The notes under the pieces: generated by a model
Told to the model about the DNA's origin: nothing
Databases searched by the model: none
Seen by the model: the letters and a program-made list of their open reading frames with translations, nothing else
Position numbers and translations under genes: made by a program
Shown here: one piece after another, positions 27,257-38,700 of the stretch
How the letters are laid out: every line of letters begins with the position of its first letter
Numbering within the stretch: the stretch's first letter is position 1
DNA from: a virus
Length of the DNA stretch: 64,000 bases
Reading direction: 5' to 3' (one strand)
IMG/VR virus record: IMGVR_UViG_3300009285_001996

Positions 27257-30200
27257 TATGGAACCACATTAGTAACTGGGCTATTAAATGCTTCACTATT
27301 AACGACTATCCAAGAATTACTATTATTCCACTGCAAATTAACACGCGCCCCCACTGGAATTTGCAGGGAGTTTATCACAGGGACACTTTGGGGGACTGCG
27401 CCAGCGCCCAAATCTGCGGTAGTAGAACCCGTTAATGTGCCCCCCCTTAACACCGTGGGATAGGCTTGGGGCATAAACGTGTATCTATCGGTAGACTCAT
27501 CATAAGCAGAGAAAGTACATTGATAATTATATCCCGAAACATCGGGTCCACCATTTATATAAGCATTCCATTGCGTCATATCACTTGCGAATGGACTAGC
27601 ACTTGTAATATACCCACTTCCCTGCCCCTGTCCATTAGTACGTATGGTGAAAGCTGGACTAGAATTATAATAAAGTAATTGGTAGTCAGCATAATTTTCA
27701 GATAGTCCACCCGAATAGCTGGGATCGTAAAATGCCCACGCAGAAGTTCCGCTAGCTACCGTAAACCCTAGCGGATTTCTCACATTAATATAACGATTAG
27801 CAAGTCCCGACCCCTCTTGGTTGTATGCCTGTGGAAGTTCGGATGTGTGTAATTTAGCGTTAATAACATTGTAATTTCCAAGTGCGCTTTCGCAAAACTG
27901 TATTTGAACTATTCGATAAGAAGGGGGCGCGGTCCACACGCCCCTACTATCATCCCATCTTACATCTAACGGTCCAGCCTTCCAATCTTGCGGTTTTTGT
28001 AGCCAATTATCTTCAAAATAGGCGGTCGGATTACCATTGTCGGCTTTCTTATTAGGGACTGGTCGCCCATACACGTCATAACCCCAACCAACCAAAACCA
28101 AGGGGGTTTTCACGCCATATGCTCTATACCAATTATCTTCGCTATAATTTCCACTAGGATATAGCACGGAAAGGTCTATAGGATAAGCCCCATCCCTAAT
28201 AATGTATTCTATGTCATGCCCACACCCGCTCCCTAATATAAACCTCATCATATGCTGGGGATTATGTAATGTGGTAATTAGACCATCACCCCCATCTCCG
28301 CTGGGTTGTAAAAACGGATTTAGTGTGGCTGCTACAATGGGGGGTCTTCCCTCCGCTAAACACGGTCCCCTATCCATATAGACATAATGATTGGCATAAT
28401 TATACTCACTAGAGGGACATGTTGGGGTCTGAAAAAACTGATTTTGATATGAGGCAGTTCTATCGGTGCCGCTAGTTTGCGGCATATTAGATAAATACCC
28501 ATAATTAGTGGAGTACGGTCTAAATAACCCATTTAACTCCATTCCAGCCTTTCTCTGCCACAACCCGTCATTATCGGCATTCATTTCTGGTAGGGCTTTA
28601 CGCAAATCCGTAAATACTACTGGTGTAAGTACACGGCTAGATAATTGTAAGTCTCCACTATCGTCTACATCACCATTTTGCAGGGGAGGTATAGGCTCAT
28701 AATCGTATAAGGCTTCCCCAAATATAAATGGGTGGGAAGATGTGCGAGTATATCTATCTGGTCGGTCATTTATTACGCCTAGTCCACTCTTTCTATTGGT
28801 TGTCCCCCTTACTTCCGCCAACCTACCCAGATTATTTAAGCGTTGAATTTGCCGCCCCATTTCCCCTTGCCGTCTCATACTATCAATGCGAACCTGAGAA
28901 ATAGCACCATAATTTGGCGTAAACGTTCGCATCTCGTATGTTGTGGTAACAGCCCCCTCTCCCACATTAACTAATATATTGGTAATTTCGGGAGCAACAC
29001 CACTGGAAGATAATAAAGGTTGCCCCAAACTATAGGACGGAGAACCCGCAACCGTAAAACTCCCTACTTCTATAACTTCCTGCCTAGAGATTTTTCCGTT
29101 AGCCGCCGTACTTCCCGCAAAATTCATATTGGTTGTGGAGCCGAAGGTCCAAGGGTTAAGACTGGCGTTAACCTCTACAGTTGTTTTATTAGCTGCCCCA
29201 AAAGACAAACCATAATTGGCATCATTACCAGACCCAAATACGGTAGGTGCCACGTTCCCTAGCGAATCAACCATCGCCTTCCAAGGTCCATAGGTCAAAT
29301 TAGTACTGCGTAGTGGAATAGCCACCGAATCTGGGAGTATGGGTGTAGGATTAACGCCCCACATAGTTGTATCAAAACCAACACCAGAAGCCATAGCCCT
29401 ATTTAATGCTTCACCTAAAGATGTATTGGGGGCTAACATTGCCCTAGCACCGCCAAATCTATTAAGGAATGTTAAATCGGTGGCAACACCCTCTAAAATA
29501 ATCTGATTAGAATAAATGGGATTATCAAATGAGATTACGGCCCTAGCTCCAGAATTGGCTATTGGGTCGAGAAATATTATGTCATCTACTTTACACTTTA
29601 CATAGGCTAATTCCTCTGTGGGTTGTATATAATCTTCAATAACATATGCGGATAGGTCTAACTGAATACTTGGTGTGTTAAATTTACCCACACCCCCTAT
29701 TCTACCGTCATCACCCCTAAATACCTCTAATTCTGTAGCGTCATTAGCTATTCCAAGAACTGAATTTTCTGTCCACCCACCATCAGAAACATCCCAGTTT
29801 ATTTGGGTAGAGTATGGTTTATTTGGGTCAGCGTGATAACACGTAATAGGTAATCTAACTATAAATTGTTTGCCAAAAAAGTCTCTAGCGTATGTGTATA
29901 ACGTATCGTATAGTCTATCTATTAGTTCCGCGTCTGGATCAAAGGCTTCGCTTGCCATTTTTTGGGCAGTAAATTGGCGAGTGTCATGTAAAGAATAGCC
30001 TTTACCAGCCCCCTTAATTATCTTCCATGCTTCTACCTCATTAAGTTCGGCTGGACATACACTTAATAAATTAGATAAACTAGTATGGTATTTGTCTACA
30101 TACTCTTTCCAGGTGTCAACCCCGTCTAAAATGCAGGAAAGTTCTCTGGCGGTAACATTATAGGTTGTGCCCACAATAGGATTAGCTATTATGGCGTCGG

Positions 30201-31401
30201 GCAAAATTCCACTAATGTTTATAGTGAAAGTGTGTAAATCGTTGTAACCACTACCAACAATAGCCCGCCCATCCCTATCCTTGCCCCAATAAGGCCAAAT
30301 AGTGTCAGAATACCCATTTCCAATTCCGTCATATTCAATTTGCCATACGTCTTGACGTTTATCTCCTATGATTACAGCATTGGTGACTTCATTTCGTAAT
30401 TCTAAACCTTTAGCGTTGTCGGAATTATTAACCCCCTGAATTGCCTGATTTATTTTACCCAACCCCAACCTTGTATTAATTGGTAGTCCTACGTTTATGT
30501 CTATATTTTTAGCAGGAACAGGCTGGGAAAATCTGCGGATAGTGCGAATCTTGATAAACTTACTAATGGTCGAGCTAATGTGTCCGCCCACCCCAGTATT
30601 GCAATTAGAGTTCCCAACAAAAATCAGTTCACAAAACCAGTCCATATTTGCGTATGCGCAAACCTCATCTATAATACTTAATAAAGTAGTGCTATCGCCC
30701 CCTAACCTATAATCGTCTAGTGTGGCAGGAAGTTCAGATATATCGACATAATAAAAGGTATCTCTATATTGTAATCTCCCCCCATATCTTCCTGCATATA
30801 GGGTGGGAACCGCATTTATTATTAAGCCTAGAGCCGCCCGAACGTCGTTCCACCGTAAACCAGCTTCGTTTAACCTAGAGCCTCCAAAACCCGCCGCTGG
30901 AATATAGTCCAACATTGCCTGTAGAGATGGGTCGATTGGGCAGGAGGTTCCGTTGTACTCTTCCAGAAAACCATAAACATTCAACAGGTTGGGCACATAC
31001 CCAGTATTACCGTTGTAGCCACCCAGAATAACGCTAGTACCCGCTAAAATATCTTTGGGGTCTGTAACCCTAACAGTAATAACTTCCCCACTACTCGTCT
31101 TATTCTTTTTCCAATTTTGTAAAATTCCAGTAAAAGTAAAAGTATTGTATTGAAAATATACTGGAGAACCCAATTTGGGTGGATTAAAGAAATCAGAACT
31201 GGTGTGTATAGCGGAATTTCCACATCCATCATAATAGGTTTTATTACCGCCGCAACCGTCTTCCACTAACTGTACTTGTAATTCGCTAGGTGTACTATTT
31301 AGACCAAGAGAGGCCGTAAACGATGATATACTCGCCCCTAGAAATAGGGTATGCGTGTATGGTCCGACTATATTTGTGGTTAATTCTGGGCAACTGCTCA
31401 T
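27256..31401 (-). CDS. tail protein (hub/central spike-like)
   Basis: 1381 aa, downstream of TMP, beta-rich. Confidence 0.65.
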   Translation of the reverse strand: MSSCPELTTNIVGPYTHTLFLGASISSFTASLGLNSTPSELQVQLVEDGCGGNKTYYDGCGNSAIHTSSDFFNPPKLGSPVYFQYNTFTFTGILQNWKKNKTSSGEVITVRVTDPKDILAGTSVILGGYNGNTGYVPNLLNVYGFLEEYNGTSCPIDPSLQAMLDYIPAAGFGGSRLNEAGLRWNDVRAALGLIINAVPTLYAGRYGGRLQYRDTFYYVDISELPATLDDYRLGGDSTTLLSIIDEVCAYANMDWFCELIFVGNSNCNTGVGGHISSTISKFIKIRTIRRFSQPVPAKNIDINVGLPINTRLGLGKINQAIQGVNNSDNAKGLELRNEVTNAVIIGDKRQDVWQIEYDGIGNGYSDTIWPYWGKDRDGRAIVGSGYNDLHTFTINISGILPDAIIANPIVGTTYNVTARELSCILDGVDTWKEYVDKYHTSLSNLLSVCPAELNEVEAWKIIKGAGKGYSLHDTRQFTAQKMASEAFDPDAELIDRLYDTLYTYARDFFGKQFIVRLPITCYHADPNKPYSTQINWDVSDGGWTENSVLGIANDATELEVFRGDDGRIGGVGKFNTPSIQLDLSAYVIEDYIQPTEELAYVKCKVDDIIFLDPIANSGARAVISFDNPIYSNQIILEGVATDLTFLNRFGGARAMLAPNTSLGEALNRAMASGVGFDTTMWGVNPTPILPDSVAIPLRSTNLTYGPWKAMVDSLGNVAPTVFGSGNDANYGLSFGAANKTTVEVNASLNPWTFGSTTNMNFAGSTAANGKISRQEVIEVGSFTVAGSPSYSLGQPLLSSSGVAPEITNILVNVGEGAVTTTYEMRTFTPNYGAISQVRIDSMRRQGEMGRQIQRLNNLGRLAEVRGTTNRKSGLGVINDRPDRYTRTSSHPFIFGEALYDYEPIPPLQNGDVDDSGDLQLSSRVLTPVVFTDLRKALPEMNADNDGLWQRKAGMELNGLFRPYSTNYGYLSNMPQTSGTDRTASYQNQFFQTPTCPSSEYNYANHYVYMDRGPCLAEGRPPIVAATLNPFLQPSGDGGDGLITTLHNPQHMMRFILGSGCGHDIEYIIRDGAYPIDLSVLYPSGNYSEDNWYRAYGVKTPLVLVGWGYDVYGRPVPNKKADNGNPTAYFEDNWLQKPQDWKAGPLDVRWDDSRGVWTAPPSYRIVQIQFCESALGNYNVINAKLHTSELPQAYNQEGSGLANRYINVRNPLGFTVASGTSAWAFYDPSYSGGLSENYADYQLLYYNSSPAFTIRTNGQGQGSGYITSASPFASDMTQWNAYINGGPDVSGYNYQCTFSAYDESTDRYTFMPQAYPTVLRGGTLTGSTTADLGAGAVPQSVPVINSLQIPVGARVNLQWNNSNSWIVVNSEAFNSPVTNVVP

Positions 31402-31430
31402 ATTATATTTCCTGCATTAGACTAGCTATA

Positions 31431-32972
31431 CTAGATAGCCCCACTATACGGCGGATTAACTGACGACAACACACAGTCTTGATAAAGCCAAGTAACATTA
31501 CGCGAATATTGTCCTGTTTTTGGGTTCCAAGTCGGCGTATCGTTCTCGATAAAAACTTGATTGTACGAATTTCTTAGGTTCACATCAAAAGCGTCAACAA
31601 TTGTTTGCACCTGTAGGGTGGGGGCAACCGCTAACATGGTGGTGACATTACTGGCGTTTGTGGGAGCGACACCCGAATAGTGTGGCATAATTATTTCTAT
31701 ATTCAACGTCCTTTTGGTTTCCGTAATTGTGCCCATGTCCTGCAATACGGGACCAGCCGCCCTCCCCAACACTAAAACTCGACCCACAACATCGGTTGGC
31801 TTGGTATCGTTAATCGTAACGCTTTCCGCCCTAGCCCCCGTTATATAATTTGACGGTCTATCGTTGTACACATATGAATACCCTATATTTCCTCCTGCTA
31901 CGTTTTTTGACACCGTACTTTGAACTGGAGTTGTATTTAAGGATATTCCCGCGTACATTTGTGTGCGAGTGAAAATTTCATGGGTAGGTCCACCAGCCAC
32001 AAGGGTATTCCACTTAAACAAGGCCGTGTCCCATTTACTTAGACTTGCTGTTTTCAAACCTTGTACGGACCCCTCCACGTTTACATCCACGGTGGTTTTA
32101 TCTAGTGACTCATTCAGTGATAACTTAAAATCTTCGATTACATCTCCACTAGCCACCACCCAAGTTTCCGTAATAGTATAAGACCCATTTAATTCGCTGG
32201 GGTTTTCGGTAATAATATGATTTAATGATTGGTAATAAGCAGGAAGGTTTAGTCCACTAGTTGAATGTACAAAATTAGTGTCTAACCCCTTTCTGGTTAT
32301 CACCCAATCCCTTGCTTGTTCCCACCCTGGCGATTCTAAACCGTCACCCGTATACGCCATTTTGCCCACGGCGTTAATATTGTGAGTCAATCGATAGGTA
32401 TAATCCGACACAAATAGTTCTGGTTGTTCTTGGGTTTCTAAAGTCCAGGATTCATCGGCATTACTAATATATAGTTTATTACCTTGGCTATCTACAAAAT
32501 AATCTTCTCCATCTCTATAATCTTCACTATCGAATAACCCGAATACCTCTATCGCTTCTAGCGTAATACTGTAATCACAATATTGTACCCATAAACCTTC
32601 TGGGAAATTTATGTTGAGAACTCTGGGATAACACTTCATTGGGGTGGCTGCCCCACACTGTATTTCCAGCGACTTACCATTTTGGGAAAATAAATGCCGT
32701 ATAACCTCCTGCTTTATTAATATACCCTCAAGTCCTTGGTCCGCCTCGTCTGGTGGATAGCCTGATAATATCCAAAAATATGACTCTGGAGATGTCCCAC
32801 CACTAAACCCAACCGTGGCTGGCGAACCCCTATTGGATAGTAATTTACCAGTTAAAGTAACAGTAAATGTACTTCCAACCTTATGCCCATCCTCTGTATT
32901 ATTATAGGTTTTAGCTATATTAACAAGTGGGGCTGGAATAAGTTTTTTACCATCATATGTTACGGTTGCCAT
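31431..32972 (-). CDS. tail/baseplate structural protein (distal-tail-like)
   Basis: 513 aa, post-TMP position. Confidence 0.55.
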   Translation of the reverse strand: MATVTYDGKKLIPAPLVNIAKTYNNTEDGHKVGSTFTVTLTGKLLSNRGSPATVGFSGGTSPESYFWILSGYPPDEADQGLEGILIKQEVIRHLFSQNGKSLEIQCGAATPMKCYPRVLNINFPEGLWVQYCDYSITLEAIEVFGLFDSEDYRDGEDYFVDSQGNKLYISNADESWTLETQEQPELFVSDYTYRLTHNINAVGKMAYTGDGLESPGWEQARDWVITRKGLDTNFVHSTSGLNLPAYYQSLNHIITENPSELNGSYTITETWVVASGDVIEDFKLSLNESLDKTTVDVNVEGSVQGLKTASLSKWDTALFKWNTLVAGGPTHEIFTRTQMYAGISLNTTPVQSTVSKNVAGGNIGYSYVYNDRPSNYITGARAESVTINDTKPTDVVGRVLVLGRAAGPVLQDMGTITETKRTLNIEIIMPHYSGVAPTNASNVTTMLAVAPTLQVQTIVDAFDVNLRNSYNQVFIENDTPTWNPKTGQYSRNVTWLYQDCVLSSVNPPYSGAI

Positions 32973-32993
32973 ATTATCATTTCCAATATTATA

Positions 32994-34571
32994 TTAATAG
33001 CCATGTGTATATAACTTCAATGTTTGCGTCACGGTATCAACCACATTTGGAATCACCAACGGTATATTTGAATTTACCCCAATAGAACCTTCAACAAATA
33101 GCGGAATATCATCGTTAATATCTGCACCACCATTTATAAATAATGGTATTATGTCTAAAACATAATCGTTGCGACCAATATATAGTGTTATACTACTCGA
33201 TAATGGTAAGGCTCCATCGGTAACACCATCTCCAATTATTAGCAGGGGAATGTAATCAGATGTGGATAATGTGGATTGTTGTAAAAATAGTGGGATATAA
33301 TTTGAGGCAAACGGATACGACCCTTGTATAAATAGTGTAATAAAATCATCGAATCCAGAAATAACATCAATAGCCGAACTTATTACAGAATCAGAATCAA
33401 TATTGGAAACTATACCTACAATCAATGATGTTTCATTAATTATACTTGACACACCCTCTATGGTTGCGCCAAGCTGAACAACAATTATAACATCTAAGTC
33501 AACAACAATTTCACTTGTGCTAACTAACGACGCCCCCATATATATAATAAAGGATAAATGGGCGTTAATTCCAGATATTGGGACTATATTACACGACAAA
33601 TCTATCGTTGAATAAACAAAAGCCCCTATTGTAGATACACCGTCAATAATACCATTTATTAAATAGGTAGTATTACAAGACGAAGATATACTAGACTCAC
33701 CAACAACAGAACTTTCATAACCGATAATCCTATATAAATCGCTTGTTGTAATTGTGGAATTACCGACAATACTCAATGACTGTACATCAATAATAATTCC
33801 TACTTCAGCAGAAATTTCAGACGAATCTACTAACGAACAACCAACGTACTGATTAAATGATAATAACCCACTAATGGTAGAAGACGAATTTACAACTGGT
33901 GATAAACCACATATAACCGATAATGACTGTAATAGACTTGTTGCACTGTTAATATCTACAGATAATGAATATACTGCATTCGCCGTTATTTGTATGTTGG
34001 AAGCACTCGAAATAATACACGAATAACTAGCAATACTATTTAATCTATCCACTTCTATGGTAGACACACCGTTAATTATTGCCGCAATCTCTATATAATT
34101 CGGTGGAACATATATATTTAGAGATGTAAAAACATTGTCATTATAAAGTGTGCCGGAAGCTGTAAGGGCATAATTTGTATTTGCGTAACCCGAAAAATTA
34201 ACACTTGGATAACCAGTGGTATTACCCCACATATCCCAAAGATTTTTAAATACATAATCAGAAAGTATAGGAGTTGAAAGTGTAGAGGGTGTGCTAGCAA
34301 CAAAACTGCCAGCAGAAAGCCAAATTTCATAATCGTATTGGGCAACAAAAAGATAAGCCGCAATCGCATTCGTACCACTAGAAAACCTTACTCGAATACG
34401 ATTGGTTGTATTATCTGGAGTCTCCGTACCATTTTCCGAATAATATGCGTTATTGGCATCAGAGGATATTTTGTACAAATAAACAATATCATACTCAGAT
34501 AACCCTTGCCACCCATTCCAGGATTGACCCAAAATAACGGATATAATATCAGGAAATGACACAACAGACAT
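32994..34571 (-). CDS. fibre-like protein with ~20-aa Ser/Ile/Val-rich repeats
   Basis: about 12 degenerate 20-22-aa units plus C-terminal IPLF repeats. Confidence 0.6.
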   Translation of the reverse strand: MSVVSFPDIISVILGQSWNGWQGLSEYDIVYLYKISSDANNAYYSENGTETPDNTTNRIRVRFSSGTNAIAAYLFVAQYDYEIWLSAGSFVASTPSTLSTPILSDYVFKNLWDMWGNTTGYPSVNFSGYANTNYALTASGTLYNDNVFTSLNIYVPPNYIEIAAIINGVSTIEVDRLNSIASYSCIISSASNIQITANAVYSLSVDINSATSLLQSLSVICGLSPVVNSSSTISGLLSFNQYVGCSLVDSSEISAEVGIIIDVQSLSIVGNSTITTSDLYRIIGYESSVVGESSISSSCNTTYLINGIIDGVSTIGAFVYSTIDLSCNIVPISGINAHLSFIIYMGASLVSTSEIVVDLDVIIVVQLGATIEGVSSIINETSLIVGIVSNIDSDSVISSAIDVISGFDDFITLFIQGSYPFASNYIPLFLQQSTLSTSDYIPLLIIGDGVTDGALPLSSSITLYIGRNDYVLDIIPLFINGGADINDDIPLFVEGSIGVNSNIPLVIPNVVDTVTQTLKLYTHGY

Positions 34572-34574
34572 TTG

Positions 34575-35789
34575 TTACCAACTCCAATTCCATTGTGACA
34601 GTTTTATTTGATTTACAGGCGGTGATGTTTTAGATATCTTAGAAATTTGATGTATAGAAAAGGCTTGTTCTCTAGTGAGTATTTTACCATTACAATTAAC
34701 ATAATTAACAGTTAAATCACCCAAATCAGCAGGACGATGAATAATATATACCTCTGGCGAAATCTCATATCCTTCACATACCTGTGGGTGCCATCCGGTT
34801 CTAAGGCTTGTATTGGCAACATTACGCAATTTAGTAAGAAAAACATTGTCTATTAATAATTTCCTGGCTATATCAGCGTTTATTAGCCAACCCACAGACG
34901 GTTCATACCATCTGACCTGTTCTAATTTATTATTTTCTAAATAATTATCACGAGCTAATTTGACTACTTCTAAAGATTGAGTGGTAAACTCTTTTAAACC
35001 ATTATAGATTATATCGGCTGTTTCTCCCTCTAATTTAATTTTATCTGCCCAATCAGTAAAGTTTTGGTTAGATCGTCTTAATCTACCACTATAATTTGCT
35101 ACTGCTAAATCGAACTGTTCTGTGGTCGGTTTATATTCTATAAAGTTAAATACCCTCTGTAATTCCCTCATGGGATTATCTACAATTTCATCATAATCAA
35201 TAACCAACCAATTAACAATAGGTATGCCACCACCCAAAATAAAGTTAGCTAAACCACCATTAAATCGAATAAAACGAATTGGGTTGGGGTTGCCTCGAAA
35301 GTTTTCCCATTCTTCTCCTACTACCTCTACATTACCAACTAAATCCCTTTGAGACTCACCTACATATTTAGGATTGCGTAAGCATAAAATAATCTTATAT
35401 ACTAAAGATGTATTAGATCGTACTATACCTTTAGATATAATTTTTACAGCTTTACCACCACTATCACCTATTTCATTGATACCTCTTGTGACAATTTTAC
35501 CATCTTCATAAAATCCACCAGGATTCATTGTCAGCATTCTATCACGAAATTTGTTCCACCGCTCCAATAATACAGACTTTCTCTTGTTTAATTCTAATAT
35601 GGCTAATTCATTATGTTGCAAGGCAATAATATCGCTATCAATCTGTTTTAATTGTTCGTTAAATTTTACTTCTTGCGGCCACTTATCTCCGTGTGTTGGT
35701 ACTCCAGCTAAATTTAGAGATTGCATCATTGCGGAGGTTCCACTGCGGGCTTCTCCGCTCACTACTAAAATCTTATCGTTAGGAATCAT
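34575..35789 (-). CDS. sulfotransferase-family protein within the tail operon
   Basis: VVSGEARSGTSAMMQSL (5'-PSB), NPGGFYE, GKAVKII, R-x7-S (RNPKYVGES). Confidence 0.75.
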   Translation of the reverse strand: MIPNDKILVVSGEARSGTSAMMQSLNLAGVPTHGDKWPQEVKFNEQLKQIDSDIIALQHNELAILELNKRKSVLLERWNKFRDRMLTMNPGGFYEDGKIVTRGINEIGDSGGKAVKIISKGIVRSNTSLVYKIILCLRNPKYVGESQRDLVGNVEVVGEEWENFRGNPNPIRFIRFNGGLANFILGGGIPIVNWLVIDYDEIVDNPMRELQRVFNFIEYKPTTEQFDLAVANYSGRLRRSNQNFTDWADKIKLEGETADIIYNGLKEFTTQSLEVVKLARDNYLENNKLEQVRWYEPSVGWLINADIARKLLIDNVFLTKLRNVANTSLRTGWHPQVCEGYEISPEVYIIHRPADLGDLTVNYVNCNGKILTREQAFSIHQISKISKTSPPVNQIKLSQWNWSW

Positions 35790-35798
35790 ACCTCTCTC

Positions 35799-38700
35799 CT
35801 ATGGTTTTGGCACATTTCTATTATTTGGCGGTAAATCACCACCACGCAAAGCCGCATTTCCACCATCAGCTTTCATACGACGTACAACCTCATCAGCTAT
35901 AGCTTGCACTATACCATTTCCACCCGCTACCGTAACATTGTGTTCGCCTATATTTATTTCGTGGCTAACAGTAGTCGGCATTGTGCTAACTATTTCCTTC
36001 CAGTCTTTAGTCAACCTTTCTAAACTTGTGCTAAAGTTAGTTAAACTCCCCCCTAGAGCGCTAGTGTCTCTGGTAAGAGCGGGATTAATAGCGTCGGGTA
36101 ATCCCCTTGGCGGTAAAGCTCTTCGGAGATCATTAATTGGTTGTTGTTGTGGTACAAACCCACTTCTCTGCATAAACAAATTTTGGCGACGTATATTCTC
36201 GTCTGGTTCTCTTCCTAATCTTTTTAGTCTTTCATCTGCGGATGTTCTACCTAAATTTTTCTCTATTTGTTCTTTAGATTGTCTACCTATAAATTTCATT
36301 CTTTGAGATGGAGTTAGAACACCACCACCAACCCCAATGTCCCGCCCAGGATAGGCAGGAGAAACCAAGATGGGTAACGGCGGTCTATTTCTTTTCCATT
36401 CTTCATAATCGGTGATACCACCACCAGCCATCATGCTTACACCACCACGATTAATAGCATCCAACATTACTCTATACTTATTAGCTTTATCAGCATTAAC
36501 TACATATTCACCTCTAGTTAACATGGCGGGAACCTTATCTATGCCGCCTGGACCACGCACTGTACCACCACTAGCAAATCCTCTATTGGCTATGTTTTGA
36601 GCGAACGTATTTAAGTTGGCGAATAATTTCTCCTGCTTTATTTCAAGTCCAGCTAAAAATAGTGAAAATGAATCTGTGAGTACACCACTTAAACCACTAA
36701 CGGCATCTCTCTGATTAGCCATTAAAACATCTTCCATTTTGCGCAATCCAGTTTTTTCAATTTCGTCATCCACACCACCACCTAGACCAGCAAACGGTCC
36801 ACCTTTAAATATGCCACGTAAAACTTGGTTGCCAGTTCGACCAGTGACGCCACTTAATTCACCAGTAGATTGTAATCCTCTTATCGCTAGCTGTTGTTGT
36901 CGAATTGACAATCCTTCAAAACCACCTCGTTGAGCCACCATTTGACCAGCCTGTATTTCCCGTGTGAGATTACGGCGGTCGCTCGCACTACCACTATAGT
37001 ATCTCGTGAATAAATCAAAGCGGTTTTCCTCTGATTTTTGTAGTTCACTTAGGCGACGTTGAACCTCACTTAATACTTCTGTGCTGTCGGCTAAGTTAAT
37101 AAGCCCTTGACGAGCGCGGTCGGTTGCCAACTGCAATTCGACAATCTTCTTACCAGCATTAGTAATATCCTCTCTGCTAGCATTTGGGTTAGCGGATAAA
37201 TTTAGATAATCAGCATTCGCCTGTTGAAGTTGGGCAGGAAGGTTTCTGAGTTGTTGGATGAGAGTACGGGCGTCTGTGGAACCAGCCATTCCAGTTATTC
37301 TAAATTGCTGCGCCCGAAAAGCCCTAGCTACACCACCAATATCGGTAGATGTGCCAGACTGGAAATCTTCAAATTTTCTCTGAGCGCGAACCCTAACCAT
37401 GTTTAGGTCTAAATTATATAGTTTACTTTGTACTTCTATAATTTGTTTTTGGAGGTTTGCCGCCTGTGATAAGTTATCAATATACTCTTGATATACTTCC
37501 CGTTCTTGTTTTACGAACTCCTCAAATAGTTGTGATATACCCTCCCAACGGCTCGTGATCCTTTGGGATAAACCCTCCCGATCTTTTACGCTCATTCCAC
37601 GCAACTCGGCTAAACCAGCCCCTTGTTCTCTCGACACTAATAATTCTGATATTTGCCCAACCAATAAGGATACAGCACCGCCAGAAATAGAACCCCCAAA
37701 CTCTCTTGCTATAGCATCCTCAATGGTTACAGCACCAGTGCCTTCTCCCTCTATCATATTACCTATGTTTTCTAATACTCCAGAAAGTTTAGCCTGAATA
37801 ACGTTGCCCTCAATTGCCATTGTTTGCAATGATTTAGGGATGTTATAACGAGAGCCAACGCCACCAACAGTCGCCCCAAACTGTGTCGGCATTAAAGCTC
37901 TATTCTTAAAAACGTCTTCTTGATAAGTGGAGGCTTTAAAGCCAATCTGTCCGCTAAAAACCCCAGCGGTTATGTCTAACGACGATTGAAAGCCTTTTAC
38001 GGAATCACGAGCTGTAGAAAATGCTTTGGCTAAACTAGAAGCCATAGTTTCTACTGCCGTAAATTGTTTATTAACTTTATCAATAGCTTGTTGTACACCC
38101 TTAACCGCGAAAATAGTATCAACTTCCGACTTAGCTTGCTTAGTAACAGCGCCACCTTTTTGACTTTCTTCATAGCTCAACCTTGATTTCGCAACAGTTA
38201 TAATCTTACCAAGATACTTTTCTTCAAAATCTTTCCTACCCATACCCATAGCCGCCTTCTGTAATTCTGGTTCTAACAACGCAGCCTGAGACACCAGCCT
38301 ATCCTCTTGCTGATAAAATAACGCTTCAGCTTTAGGAGCATTTCGTTCCGCCTCTAATTCATCATAAGTCTTTTTAGAGAACATACCCACAATACCAGAT
38401 TTTAGAAAACCACCCAAATTGGCAAATCCACCCTCCTGTTGTCTTTTTAACGCTTCATCCTGTCTACTACCAGCTTCGGCGAACCTTCTTTCAGCAGCTT
38501 GCATACCCGCTTTAGACAATATACCCTTACTATATCTGTCTACCGCATCGCTCAAATTAGATAAAGATGAACTTACTTGCTCGTCTGCAATCTTTTTCTC
38601 TAAGTCCAACATCGCATTTTCAAAGCTAGCCATACCAGTAATTGTACCAGCGATTACAGCACCCCACGGACCAGCCACCATACCACCAATAAAAGCGCCC

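Noticed and set aside
23843-31401. DGR target in the Asn/Tyr-rich tail proteins
   Set aside because: No reverse transcriptase and no template/variable repeat pair were recognised in the window.
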